From: Okamejei kenojei
Lineage: Eukaryota
Length of the DNA: 64,000 bases
NCBI GenBank assembly: GCA_035221665.1
Contig: CM069172.1
Span: 744,001-808,000, forward strand
Direction: 5' to 3'
The notes below the pieces were generated by a model, which saw only the letters and a program-made list of their open reading frames with translations, was not told where the DNA came from and made no database searches. This document shows positions 38,720-53,409 of the stretch, one piece after another. Within the stretch, counting starts at the first letter, position 1. Every line of letters starts with the position of its first letter. The translations under genes and the position numbers were made by a program.

Positions 38720-39545
38720 GTTTAGATCCAAACCTGGAACCCACTCCCAGGGATCTGATATTCTATATATAAACCCGTCCCGAATGCTTGGATTAGATCC
38801 CAGCCGATCACCAACTCCTGGGAATCTGTTATTCTGTTGATAAACTCCCTCAAACCCCTAGATTACAGCTCAGCCTGTAAGCCACTCCCGGGAATCTATT
38901 ATTGTATATATAAGCCGCCCTTAGCCGCGATAATAGATCAGAGCCTGTAGTGCAAGGATCTGTTATTCTATATATAGAATTCTGGATAGACTCGGTTTAT
39001 ACTCTCTGGAATTTAGGAGATTAAGAGGGGATCTTATAGAAACTTACAAAATTCTTAAGGGGTTGGACAGGCTAGATGCAGGAAGATTGTTCCCGATGTT
39101 GGGGAAGTCCAGGACAAGGGGTCACAGCTTAAGGATAAGGGGGAAATCCTTTAAGACCGAGATGAGAAAGACTTTCTTCACACAGAGAGTGGTGAGTCTC
39201 TGGAACTCTCTGCCACAGAGGGTAGTTGAGGCCAGTTCATTGGCTATATTTAAGAGTGAGTTGGATGTGGCCCTTGTGGCTAAGGGGATCAGAGGGTATG
39301 GAGAGAAGGCAGGTACGGGATACTGAGTTGGATGATCAGCCATGATCATATTGAATGGCGGTGCAGGCTCGAAGGGCTGAATGGCCTACTCCTGCACCTA
39401 ATTTCTATGTTTCTATGTTTTTATATAAATACCACAAACCCAGGATTAGATCCAAGATTATAACCCACTGCCAGATCTGTTATTCTGTATATAACCTCCC
39501 CCCCCCCCCCCCCCCCCCTCAAGCCACTGGATTAGATCAGAGCAT
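38720..39545. repeat. Degenerate satellite (GGATCTGTTATTCTATATATAA..GGATTAGATC) interrupted by CR1
   Basis: The motif recurs on both sides of the CR1. Confidence 0.65.
38982..39420 (+). mobile_element. Young CR1 3' fragment
   Basis: Near-identical to 12784-13224. Confidence 0.92.
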
Positions 39546-39839
39546 CAAAGGAAAATAGACATTGTTATCATCTTCATTTTATTTTTTGCAATGAATATTA
39601 CACAAGAATTGGTAACACGTAATCTTTCATCTGTAATGCTAATTATTTCAAGTCCTGGGTTAGGGAGGGATGGAAGGGCTAATGAGGTAGAGACATGGCA
39701 TGATTTTCACTACCTGTGACGTCACAGGCAAATATGGAGGGTTGGCGAGCAGAGCGATCTAGAAGTACAGGTACATGGTTCCCGTCACAGGTAGGCAGGG
39801 TGTGTTCTAGAGCAGCGGGATCTAGGAATGCAGGTACCT

Positions 39840-40510
39840 GTTTGTAGTTCCCTGAAAGTGGTGTCACAGGTAGATAGGGTCGTCAAGAAGGCTTTTGGCA
39901 CATTGGCCTTCATCAGTCAGGGCACTGAATGCAAAAGTTGGGACATCACGTAACATTTGTGCAACATGTTTGGTGATGCCGCACTAGGTGTATTGTGTAC
40001 AGCTTTACTAATCTTATTATAGAAATTATGTAGTGAAGCTGGAAAGGACGCAGAGATTTACGAAGACTCGAGGGACCTGAATTACAGGGAGAGGTTGGGC
40101 AGGCTAGGACTTTATTCCATGGAGCGCTGGAGGATCTCAGGTAATCTTATAGAGGTGTACAAGATCATGAGGGGAATAGATAGGGTGAATACACAGAATA
40201 TTTTACCCCCTGAGGAGGGAAATCGAGAAGCAGAGGACAGGTTTAAGACGAAGGCGGAGAGATTTAATAGGAGCGGCAACATTTTTCACAGAGGATGATG
40301 GGTATATGAAACCAGCTGCCGGAGGAGGTAGTTCAGGCAGGTACTATCACAAAGTTTAAGAAACTTTTGGACTTGTGCATGGATAGGAAATTCTGAGAGC
40401 GATATGGGCCAAACGCAGGCAGGTGGGTCTAATGTCGTTTTGGCATGTTGGTCCGCGTGGGCAAATTGGGCCGAAGGCCTGTTTGCGTGCTGTGTGACTC
40501 TCTAACTGTA
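39840..40510 (+). mobile_element. Older CR1 3' fragment
   Basis: RLGLYSMERWRISGNLIEVYKIM motif. Confidence 0.75.
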
Positions 40511-40736
40511 TGACTCGAGGTCAAAGATAAGGACCTCTTTTTTTCTCGGAGCAGGATAAAATTGAAGAGTTTACCCATCAAAGGCATGGCAAACAAAAAA
40601 TAAATAAATTAATCCCCAGAGAGAGTATTTGGTATCATTTTTATCCACGATTGGCAACATAGGCCTTGGTGACGTGCCACAGGCCAGGGAGTGAAGGTAG
40701 TGTGGGTGGAAGAGGAGAGAGGGAACGGGAGGAGAG

Positions 40737-40768
<32 letters not shown>

Positions 40769-40779
40769 AAGGAGAGGGG

Positions 40780-41640
40780 AGCAGAAACAGAGTCCCCTCA
40801 GTCCTTACATTTCACCCCATCTGCTGTCACATACCACACATAATCCTCCGACATTTTCGCCACCTCCAACGGGACCCCACATCTTCCCAATTCCACCCTT
40901 TTCGCAGAGACCATTCCCTCCGCAGCTCCCGGGTTAACTCATTCCTTCCCATCCAAACTACCCCCTCCTCATGTACCTTCCCCTGCAACCACAGGAGATG
41001 CAACATTCCTCCACCCTCGACTCTGTCCAGGGACCCTCACAGTCCTCTCAGGTTAGGCAGAGGTTCACTTGCACCTCCTTCAACCTCATCTACTGTATCT
41101 GCTGTACAAGACATGGACTCACACCGGCAAGACCAAACCTAGACTGGGCGATCGTTTCGTTGAACACCTAAACTCATTCCGCCTGGACCTACCTGATCTT
41201 CCTATAGCCAAACACTTTGAATCCCCTTCACATTCCCATACAGACCTTTCTGTCCTAGGCCTCCTCCATTGTCAGAGAGAGGCTAAATGTAAATTGGAGA
41301 AACAGCATCTCATATTTAGCTTGGGCAGCTTACAACCCAGTGGCATGAAAATTAATTCCATTTCAAGTTATAAGTGCATTCCCTCTCTCGCCATCCCTTC
41401 CCCACCCAAGTTGAACCTGCTTCTCGTACTCATCTAGCAAACAGCTGACAATGGCCTGTTTATTTTACTATTTTCCATATATTTCATTAAATTGTTCTAT
41501 ATCTCCACATCAACTATATATCTCTTCCCTTTCCCATGACTCTCAGTCTGAAGAAGGGTCTCGAGCCGCAACATCACCCATTCCTTCTCTCCAGAGATGC
41601 TGCCTGCTCCGTTGAGTTACTCCAGCACTTTGTGTCTATC
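40780..41640 (+). mobile_element. Penelope-like 3' part (GIY-YIG remnant, degenerate hammerhead-like core)
   Basis: NLIYCIC..G.T..RLGDRF.EH motif; CTGAAGAAGGGTCTCG at about 41548. Confidence 0.8.
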
Positions 41641-41649
41641 TTTGGTCTG

Positions 41650-42815
41650 TGCGATGGTCTGGACTGCGTCAACAAATCTCTGCAATGTTTTGTGATTTTG
41701 AATGAACCTCTTCCCAAACCAAGTTGTGATGAATCCCGATCAAATGCTTTCTATGGTGTATCTGTAGAAGTTGGTGATAGTTGGAGGGGACATGCCAAAC
41801 TTTCTTTGCCTTCTAAGGAAGTAGAGGCATTGGAGTGCTCTCTGCAAATTGGTCAATATGGGTGGTCCAGGAGAAGTTGTTGGTGATATTGACTCCTAGG
41901 AATTTGATGTTTTCAACCATCTCTACTTTTGGCACCGTTAATACAAACTGGAGTATGTGCATTGCTTTGCGTCCTGAAGTCGAACACTATCTCCTTTATC
42001 TTGCTGACATTGAAAGAATGGTTGTTGTCTTAACAACAGGACACAAGGTTCTCAATCTCCTTCCAGTACTCTGTCACATCATTATTTGATATCTGACCCA
42101 CAATGGTGGCTTCTTCTGCGAATTTGAATATTGAATTTGATTTGTACATGGCTGCACAGTCGTGGGTGTACAAGGAGTAAAGAAGGGGGCTGTGAACGCA
42201 TCCTTGCGGAGCCCCCGTGTTGAGGATTATTGTGGAGGATGATTTGTTACCTATCCTCGTTGATTGGGATCTGTTGGTCAGGAAGTCAAGGGTCCAGTTG
42301 CAGGGATGAAGGCTGACACTAAGCCCCATGAGTTTGATGATGAGCTTGGATAGTATAATGGTATTTATGGCAGAGTTGAAGTTGATGAATAGAGTCTGAT
42401 GCAGGTTTCACTCTGATCCAGATGTTGCAGGTATGAGTGTAAGGCCAGGGTGATGGCATCGTCCGTGGACCTGTTGTGGCAGTCGGTGAGCTGCAGTGGG
42501 TCAAGGCAGCTGGGTCGGCCGGACTTAATGCATTCCATTGCTAACCTCAAAACATTTCATGATGATGGATGCCACAGGATGACAGTCCATTAGGCATGAG
42601 GTATTGCTTTTCTTTGTCACTAGGATGATGGTGGTCCACTTGAAGCTGCTGGATACCTCAGAATGGAGTAGGGACAGATCAAAGATGTCCACGAATACTC
42701 CCGCTAACTGGCCCACGCAGCTACTGGGGACACGACCCCGAACTCCATCTGGACCAGTTACCTTTTGTGGGTTTACTGTCAAGAAGGCCAATCTAACCTC
42801 TGCTACAATCACCCT
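41650..42815 (-). mobile_element. Rex1/Babar-like LINE fragment
   Basis: [26 protein letters not shown] motif. Confidence 0.8.
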
Positions 42816-42952
42816 GGGGATGTAAGGGGAGGGTACGAGAGGGGCAGGGGTAGGAGGAAAGAGGAGGGGAGGGCAGAGGAAGGGAAGAAAGAGGAGAGGG
42901 AGGGAGAATGAAGGGGAGAGGATGGGAGGGAAGGAGAGATCAATGTCGAAGG

Positions 42953-43006
42953 TCAAAGACCGAGCATTAGGAAGGCCTCGCTGAAGTCTTCAAATTCATC
43001 CAATGG
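42953..43006 (-). CDS. AICDA: AID last coding exon (PLDEFEDFSEAFLMLGL*, nuclear export signal)
   Basis: 54 nt after a pyrimidine tract and CAG acceptor. Aligns to human PLYEVDDLRDAFRTLGL*. Confidence 0.92.
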   Translation of the reverse strand, partial: PLDEFEDFSEAFLMLGL

Positions 43007-43771
43007 CTGCGATTGGGGAGGGGGGGAGAGAGAGAGTGAGATAATGTTAGACTTGGAGCAGGTGGAGAGGGAAGGTGGGAGAGAGGGAAAGGGGGGAGAG
43101 ATGGGGTTAAGGGAGGAGGTCATATGGGGAGGGTGAGAGAGAGAAGGAGAAGGTGTGGGTGGAGAGAAAAGTGAGAGGGCGATAATGTTAGAAATGGAGG
43201 TGAAGGGGGAGAGAAGGAGGAGAGAGTGGAAGGAGGGAGGGAGAGCGGAGGGGGTGATAGGAAAAACAGAGAGGGGGGAAAGGAGAATGGTGAAATGTGG
43301 TTTTGAGGGAGATGGTGGGAGGAGAGAGGGAGGGATGGTGTGTTGGAAAGCACGATGGAGAGGGTGAGGAATGAGAGAGATAACTTTAAATAATGAGGTG
43401 ATGAAGGGAGGGGAGGGGGGTCGTGGGAGGGAGGAGGAAGCGATAGGGAATAGGAGGGGAGATGAGCGAGGGGAGAAAAAGGGAGAGAATCCATATTACT
43501 GATCTGCTGTGGCTGCAAGTGAGCCATATCCCTCCAGTCCTGCATTTCCATTTGCTGATCTAAAAGTCTCCTGAACACCACTAGCATAGTGCCTTCCAGG
43601 TCCCAAACCTTAGTGTAATTAAACTTGCGCCGCACACCTCCTTTAAACTTTACCCCTCTCACCTGAAAACTATGCCCTCTAGTCTTTGATGTTTCCACCC
43701 TGCAAGGAATACGTTCTGATTGTTTATTCTATCTCTGCCTCTAATTCCTGTGATACCAGTTCATGGATCTA

Positions 43772-45357
43772 AGTGGCTTGCAAGTTTTCATACCCCTTGA
43801 ATGTTCCACATTTTGTCACGTTACAATCACAAACATAAATGTATTTTATTGGGATTTTATGTGATAGACCAACACAAAGTTGTGCAAAATTGTGAAGTGG
43901 AAGGAAAATGATACATGGTATCCAAATTTTATTACAAATAAAAAACTGAAAAGTGTGGCGTGCAAAAGTATTCAGCCCCCCTGAGTCAATACATTGACTC
44001 TCCCTGTAGAACCACCTTTCGCTGCAATTACAGCTGCAAGTCTTTTGGGGTATGTCTCTACCAGATTTGCACATCTAGAGACTGATATCTTTGCCCATTG
44101 TTCTTTGCAAAATAGCTCAAGCTCAGTCAGATGGAGAGCGTCTGTGAACAGCAATTTTCAAGTCTTGCCAGAGATTCTCAATTGGATTTAGGTCGGGACA
44201 TTGACTGGGCCATTCTAACACATGAATATGCTTTGATCTAAACCATTCCATTGTAGCTCTGGCTGTATGTTTAGGGTTGTTGTCCTGCTGGAAGGTGAAC
44301 GTCCACCCCAGTCTCAAGTCTTTTGCAGACTCTAACAGGTTTTCTTCCAAGATTGCCCTGTATTTGGCTCCACCCATCTTTCCATCAACTCTGCCCCTGC
44401 TGAAGAAAAGCATCCCCACAGCAAGATGCTGCCACCACCATGTTTCACAGTGGGGATGGTGTGTTCAGGGTGATGTGCAGTGTTAGTTTTCCACCACACA
44501 TAGCGTTTTGCATTTAGGCCAAAAACATCAATTTTGGTCTCATCAGACCAGAGCACCTTCCGCCACATGTTTGCTGTGTCCCCCACATGGCTTGTGGCAA
44601 ACTGCAAACGGGACTTCTTATGGCTTTGTTTCAACAATGGCTTTCTTCTTGCCACTCTTCCATAAAGGCCCGACTTGTGGAGTGCACAACTAATAGTTGT
44701 CCTGTGGACAGATTCTCCCACCTGAGCTGTGGATCTCTGCAGCTCCTCCAGAGTTACCATGGGCCTCTTGGCTGCTTCTCTGATCAATGCTCTCCTTGCC
44801 CGGCCTGTCAGTTTAGGTGGACGGCCATGTCTTGGTAGGTTTGCAGTTGTGCCATACTCTTTCCATTTTCGGATGATGGATTCAACAGTGCTCCGTGAGA
44901 TGTTCAAAGCTTGGGATATTTTTTTATAACCTATCGCTGTTTTAAACTTCTCCACAACTCTATCCCTGACCTGTCTGGTTTGTTCCTTGGGCTTCATGAT
45001 GCTGTTTGTTCACTAATGTTCCCTAACAAACCTCTGAGGCCTTCACAGAACAGTTGAATTTATACTAGTCACTTAATTTACTAATTAGGTGACTTCTGAA
45101 GGCAATTGGTTGCACTGGATTTTACTTACGGGTATCAGAGTAAAGGGGGCTGAATACCTTTGCACGCCACACTTTTCAGTTTTTTATTTGTAAAAAAATT
45201 TGAAAACCATGTATCATTTTCCTTCTACTTCACAATTATGCGGCACTTTGTGTTGGTCTATCACATAAAATCCCAATAAAATACATTTACGTTTGTGGTT
45301 GTAACGTGACAAAATGTGGAACAGTTCAAGGGGTGTGAAAACATTTGCAAGTCACTG
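43772..45357 (-). mobile_element. Tc1 transposon, Passport-like, in the last AID intron
   Basis: TA flanks and long TIRs. Transposase from 44997 (MKPKEQTRQVRD..GRPPK..WSDETK), frameshifted. Confidence 0.93.
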
Positions 45358-45401
45358 TATGTAACATCTTTGTAAATTTTCTCTGCACTCGTTCCAGCTT
45401 A

Positions 45402-47320
<1,919 letters not shown>

Positions 47321-47323
47321 TAC

Positions 47324-47742
47324 CTGTGTACCCCATGACCCCCAGACTGACCCCCGCCCCTCTCAGCTTCCGGAGACCCCCGGGGTGGGGTCCGGAGCCC
47401 TCGCAGTAGTAGAGTCTGGCCACGAATAGGCGGAGAGTGAGATTGGGCCATCGCTGGAGGAAGGAGGCGAGGCGGAGGGAGCACTGGGCGCAGGGACTCC
47501 AGGAGGCGTAGAGGGTGAGGCACAGGGGCCTGAAGGGGTCGAGGGGCCAGCCGGACAGTATCCGGAGGAGCAGCACCTCGGCGTGGTAGCCCGGAATATT
47601 CCGCAGGTAGCCGAAGTCCAGCGAGCGGGATACTGGGCTGTCCCGGCGCTCCAACACGTAACACAGATATGTTTCATGCCTCCCCTTTGCCCAGCGGGCA
47701 TTGGTGAAGTGGTACAGGAACTTCTTCTTGCTCATCAGGCAG
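47324..47742 (-). CDS. AICDA: AID catalytic exon (equivalent to human exons 2+3)
   Basis: 419 nt, CAG acceptor and GT donor. WAKGR.ETYLCY, RRDS, HAE, SWSPCxxC and ARLY motifs. In-frame ATG at 47735. Confidence 0.96.
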
Positions 47743-47749
47743 CTGTGGG

Positions 47750-47792
<43 letters not shown>

Positions 47793-48149
47793 AAAGAAGG
47801 AGAAAAAAGAGTGAAACTTCCTCCACGGAGCTGCATCACCGACTCCTCCCGTATGTTGTAAGCGCGCACCAACATACATTGGAGTGAAGCTCCATCCGCA
47901 CCGTCCTGTCCTCCCCCAAGTGGCCACACACACACAGACTGAAGCTCCCTCCGCACCGGCCAGACTTTACCCCCCAAACCCCCACCGATCTACTCTATCT
48001 CTCTCCCTACCTCTCTCTTTCGTTCTCGCTCTTCCCCCCCCCCCCTCTCTCTCTCTCACACACACACATAGAGTGAAGCTGCGCTGTGCCGTCTCTCTTT
48101 TCTCTCTCCCTCTCACACACATGCATGCAGACACAAACAATGAAGCTCT

Positions 48150-48211
48150 CTTCCGTCCCTCTCCCCTTGGCCCAGTGGTAATGGTACAGGGATGGCTTCT
48201 TGCTCTTCTCT
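48150..48211 (-). pseudogene. Degenerate copy of the AID exon-2 start
   Basis: CAG acceptor then EKSKKPSLYHYHWAKGR. Confidence 0.7.
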
Positions 48212-48214
48212 GAT

Positions 48215-49315
48215 AGAGGGAAGGGCAAGGCAGGCAAACGTAAGCAAGCCTGGATGACGAGGGACATTGAGGCTTTGGTCAAGAGTAGGAGGCTTGGGAC
48301 GGGTATAGGCAGCAGGGATTGTGTATTAATCAGAAGATCAAAAAGGGAACACCAAATATGTGTGGCACATAGCAATAAGGATAATCCCAGGATATTTTAT
48401 AAGGACATTAAGGGAACAAGGGTAACCAGGGAGAGAATGGGACCCCTCAGGCATCAAAGTCGTCAAATCTGTGTGGAGCCATAGGAGATGGGAAAGGTCC
48501 CCAATGAGTATTTCTCCGCTATCTTTACCGTGGATGAAGACAGGAGGATGGGGAATACTGAGGTGTCGTGACAGCAGTCGGTGTTACGGTTGGAGAGGCG
48601 CTGAAGATCCTGATGAGTATGGAGATAGACAAATCTCCTGGGCCAGATCAGATATATGTGAGGATGCTGTGGGAAGCTAGAAAGGAGAGTGCAGGGGCCT
48701 ACACGTAGATTTCTGCGTGGCAATTAATTAGAGGCTGGAAGACTGGAGGGTGGCAAATGTTGCCTGTATTCAAGAGGGGCTGCAGGGAAAAGATTGGGAA
48801 CTACAGGGCTGCGAGCTTAACATCTGTGGTTGGAAAGTTACTCGAGAGTATTCTGAGGGATACGATGTACAACTTTGATGGACAAGGGTTGATTAGCAAT
48901 AGTCAACAAGGTTTTGTGTGTGGGAGGCTGTGTCTCAAATCTGATTGTTTTCTTTTGAGGATGTGACCAAAAAAAGATTTTAGTGGGGCTTTTGACAAGG
49001 TAGGCTGCTCACGAAGATTACATCCCAATCAAGAAGAGACAGCTGAATGGATGGAAATTGGCTTCATTCAAGGAAGGAGATGGTAATGGGGGAAGATGTA
49101 TTTTCGGACTGGAGGCCTGTGTGCAACACAATGTACATGGCAGAGTTTGCAAGTTTGCAGATGTCACAAAAGTGGGTGGTATTGTAGATAGTGAAAATGT
49201 TTTTCAAAAATTGCAGCAAGATCTTGATCGGTTGAACAGATGGGGTGAGGATTTTTTATCGGAATTTAATACAGAGAAATGTGAAGTGTTGCAGTTTGCG
49301 AGCAATAACATGGAC
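48215..49315 (+). mobile_element. Old CR1 internal fragment
   Basis: NYRAASLTSVVGKLLE and KFADVTK motifs. Confidence 0.8.
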
Positions 49316-50509
49316 NNNNNNNNNNNNNNNNNNNNNNNNNNNNNNNNNNNNNNNNNNNNNNNNNNNNNNNNNNNNNNNNNNNNNNNNNNNNNNNNNNNNN
49401 NNNNNNNNNNNNNNNNNNNNNNNNNNNNNNNNNNNNNNNNNNNNNNNNNNNNNNNNNNNNCCCTCTCTCTCTCTCTCCCACTCCCTCCTCCATCTCCCAC
49501 TCTTCATCTCCCTCTCCCTCCCAGTCACACACACAGGGAAGCTCCCACTGGAGAAGAGCTGCTCCGATTGCTGGGATTTGAAGCAACATTTCGGAAGGCC
49601 ACGTTGAGGAGGGGGAGCAAAGGTAGTGAGACTTCTGAGTTCAGATCATCACCGGACTCCAGAGGCTTTCTTTTAAAAAATAATTCGTGAGTCGTGGGAG
49701 CGACGGTGGCTGGTGATTTGCCGAGTGCATTTGGAAATATGGGAGACAAGTTCTGGATCGATGTTATGGTTATTTATATCGAAAACCCCCCTCCAATAGG
49801 AATTTACTTAGCTCAGGTTGGCTTTGTAAAAAGGGGACAGTGTTTCATGGAAAGGCAGTGAAGTTGAAGTGCTTCCAACTGACTGGGAACGAAGCCTTTG
49901 AACCTGCAACTTTGACTGGGAAGATCGATACGGATATTTCTTGTTTATCTGGAGAACACTGGGGTTGTTGCGTTTTCTGGATACGTATTCAAACATTTCG
50001 CTAAATGTTGGAATGTGCTGTTTACAGCAGCAATAGCAGCCAATAACTTTCGACGAGCCACTCCACGGAGATGGCTGCCACTCAGAACTACGCAGCTCAA
50101 CCATTGTTTGAGTTGATGACATTGGGGTTAAAACTAATTTACAATATAATCTGATTTTTAACGCAATCTTAGCATTGAAGGACAGTGGGAAGTTTGTTCT
50201 CATAGTAAAATCTGAACAGCCGGTGGCTTTAGGGACACTGCTCCTCAGGTTTAGGCTGCATTTCAGCCCGACACATCTGAATGTTTGCAAATTGCTCATC
50301 AGCAGTTTTGATATTTCCAGTGCTTCTAACAGTAATTGTTTTAGCTGCGAATTACAGTAACAGCATTAAGATTTTGATTTGTATTGGAAACTTTTGTCGA
50401 GTCACTCGTGATATTTGGTCACAGTCGCTAGGGGAGGATATTGAGGATATTCCCTGTTGTTTTGTTCCTGGGCCATTCACTGGGTCCAGGCAGCAGGCTG
50501 TGGACCAAG

Positions 50510-50584
50510 TGAAGCTCCTCCCTCTCGCATTGGCCCAGTGGTCGGTCGTGAATTGGGACGGGAACTTCCTCTTTTTGTTCCTCT
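50510..50584 (-). pseudogene. Degenerate copy of the AID exon-2 start
   Basis: CAG acceptor then RNKKRKFPSQFTTDHWANAR. Confidence 0.6.
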
Positions 50585-50703
50585 GGGGGAGGGAAAGAAA
50601 GAGGGAGACAAAATGTGGAAGTCCCTCCACAGTGCCGACTCCTCCTGACGTAAGCCCCGACTCTCTCACACTCACGGGGAGAGTGAATTAAAAGGAGAGA
50701 AGC

Positions 50704-50930
50704 CCTCCCCTTGGCCCTGCGGGTGTTAGTGTGCAGAAGCTCCTTCTTGCTCATCAGGCAGCGAAAGAGAGAGGAGAGAGAGGGAGTGATGGGACAGAGA
50801 GAAATAAAGAGTGAAACTCTCCGCAGTGCCGTGTTGCCGTCTCCTCCCGGCGTTGTAATCAAAGATCCTTGGTAGCAACGTACCTTAGCGTGAAGCTCCC
50901 TGCGCACCGTCCTGTCTCACCCCAAGTCCC
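50704..50930 (-). pseudogene. Degenerate copy of the AID intron/exon-2 junction
   Basis: CLMSKKELLHTNTRRAKGR. Flank 50762-50930 is homologous to 47743-47925. Acceptor reads CG instead of AG. Confidence 0.8.
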
Positions 50931-50934
50931 CTCT

Positions 50935-52380
50935 ACCCCCACCGACGCATCTCTCTCCTTCCCTGCCCTTCCATCGTTGCACCCTCTCTCTCTTCCCTCT
51001 CCCTCATTCCAACCACCCTCCACCCCACCGTCTCTCCCCGGCTCCCTCTCTCTCACTCTCTATCTCTCCCTACCCTCTCTCTCCCTCTCTCCCCTCCCCG
51101 CTCTCTCCCTACCTCTCTTTCGCCCCCTCCCATCTCCCTTCCCCCACCCCCACTCTCCCTCCCCCTCTCTCTCNNNNNNNNNNNNNNNNNNNNNNNNNNN
51201 NNNNNNNNNNNNNNNNNNNNNNNNNNNNNNNNNNNNNNNNNNNNNNNNNNNNNNNNNNNNNNNNNNNNNNNNNNNNNNNNNNNNNNNNNNNNNNNNNNNN
51301 NNNNNNNNNNNNNNNNNCCTCTCTCTCCTCTCCCCTCTCCGCCTCCCTCCCCACCCTCTCTCTCCCCCTCGCTCCCCTCTACCCCCCTCTCTCTCCCCCC
51401 TCCCTCCCCCCGTCTCTCCTCCCCTCATCCGCCCCCCTCTGCCCCCCTCTCTCCACCCTCTCTCTCTCTCCCCCTCTCTCTTTCCTTCCCCCCTCTCCCC
51501 CTCTCTCTCTTCCCTCCCTCTCTCCCCCTCACTCTCCCCTCTCTCTCTCCCTCTCTCTTCCCCCCTCCCTCCCTCTTTCTATCTCTTTCTACTCTCTCTC
51601 CCTCTCTCTCCCCCCACTCTCTCTCCCCATTCTCTCTCCCCCACACTCTCCCCCCTCTATCCCCCTCCCACCCCTCCCCTCGCCCCTCCCCCCTCTCCTC
51701 CCCCCCTCTCCCCCCCCTCTCCCCCCTTCTCTCCCCTTCTCTCCCCCCCTCTCCCCCTACCCCCCTCTCCATCCCCCCTCTCCCCCTCTCNNNNNNNNNN
51801 NNNNNNNNNNNNNNNNNNNNNNNNNNNNNNNNNNNNNNNNNNNNNNNNNNNNNNNNNNNNNNNNNNNNNNNNNNNNNNNNNNNNNNNNNNNNNNNNNNNN
51901 NNNNNNNNNNNNNNNNNNNNNNNNNNNNNNNNNNNNNNNNNNNACCCCCGCCCCCCTTCTCTCTCTACCTCCCTCTCCCCCCTGTCTCCCTCCCCTCTCC
52001 CCGCTCTCTCCCCCCCTCCCCCCTCTCATCCCCTCTTTCTCCCCCGCCACGCATCTCTCTCTTTCTCCTCCCCTCTCTCTCTTTCTCCTCCCCCTCCCCC
52101 CCTCTTTCTTTCTCCTCCCCTCTCCCCCCCTCATCTCTCCCCCCTATCTTCTCAATCACCACTTCTCCCCATCCTTCCCCTTCTCCCCCTCATCTCCCTC
52201 CCCCCCTCCCTCTCCCCCCTCCCTCTCCCCCCTTTCTCTCCTACCTTCTTACTGCAGTTAGTGCAGTCCCTCGTCCTCATTTTCCCTCACACTTTCTCCC
52301 CTCTCTCTTTTCCTCATTCTTTGCTTGTTTCTCTCGTCCCCTCTTTCGCTCTCTCTCGCAGACCCACATTCTGTGTGTGT

Positions 52381-52457
<77 letters not shown>

Positions 52458-53044
52458 CCCTCTCTGTTTCACACAGAAGGGCAGCGGAGATGTATAAACA
52501 GTGCAGTGATAATCTCATCTGATAATCTCCCCTCTCACTGCAGTTAGTGCGAAATCCCTCGCCCTATCTCTCCCTATCTCCTCCATTCTCTGCTTCCCCC
52601 CCACTCTCTCTCCCTCTCCCTATCTCCTTCCTTCCCTCTCTCTCCCCGTCTCCCTCGCCTTCCTTCAGTTTTTCCTTCTCTGATTCTCACTCTCCCTTCC
52701 TTCCTCTCTCGTTCACTCTCTCCTTTTCATCTCTCTCTCTCTCCCTCTCTCCATTCTCTGCGTCCCTCTCACACCCCCCACTTCCCTGTGTTGCTCCTCT
52801 CCTCTCCCTCATGTCTCCCACTCTATCACCCTCTATCTCTCCCCATACATACATACATGCATTCTGTCTCCCCCTCTCTTCCCACCTTTCTCTGCTCCAT
52901 TCTCAGCATCCCTCTCACTCCCCCCCCTTCTTCCCACTCTTGTCCCCTTTCTCGCGTACCAACTCTCCCCCCTCACTCTCTTTCTTTCTCTCCCTTTCCC
53001 TCTTTCACTTCCATCCTCTCTCTGTCTCTCTCTCCCTCTCTGTC

Positions 53045-53093
<49 letters not shown>

Positions 53094-53160
53094 GTTCTTC
53101 CTCTTTCCTCTCTCTTTTTCTATCCCTCGTCCCCTTTCTGCCCTCCCACCTCTCCATCGC
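50935..53160. repeat. CT-rich low-complexity region with (CT)n microsatellites and two N gaps
   Basis: Base composition. Confidence 0.9.
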
Positions 53161-53409
53161 TTGAGGAAGGGCGATGACTGCCTCTGTCGATGTAGATTCA
53201 GTCGTCTGGTCTCGATCAGTGAAAGTCTTTGCAGGAGTAACATCAAACAGGTACAGAGCTAAATTCTTCATCGTGAACGCCCACACACCCCTCATTGTAT
53301 CGCCCAGTGGGGTAAGGGGGCGTTTACACTGCTCACCGTCGCGTCACCCACAGCTTCCTCCTTCTGCACCATCCCGTCACACACTCGCACTGTCCCATCA
53401 CATATTCCA

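Noticed and set aside
53160-53275. MFAP5-like exon (DVTPAKTFTD), a known AICDA neighbour
   Set aside because: The resemblance is weak, there are no Cys-rich exons or good splice sites, and the segment instead resembles 57950-57980.
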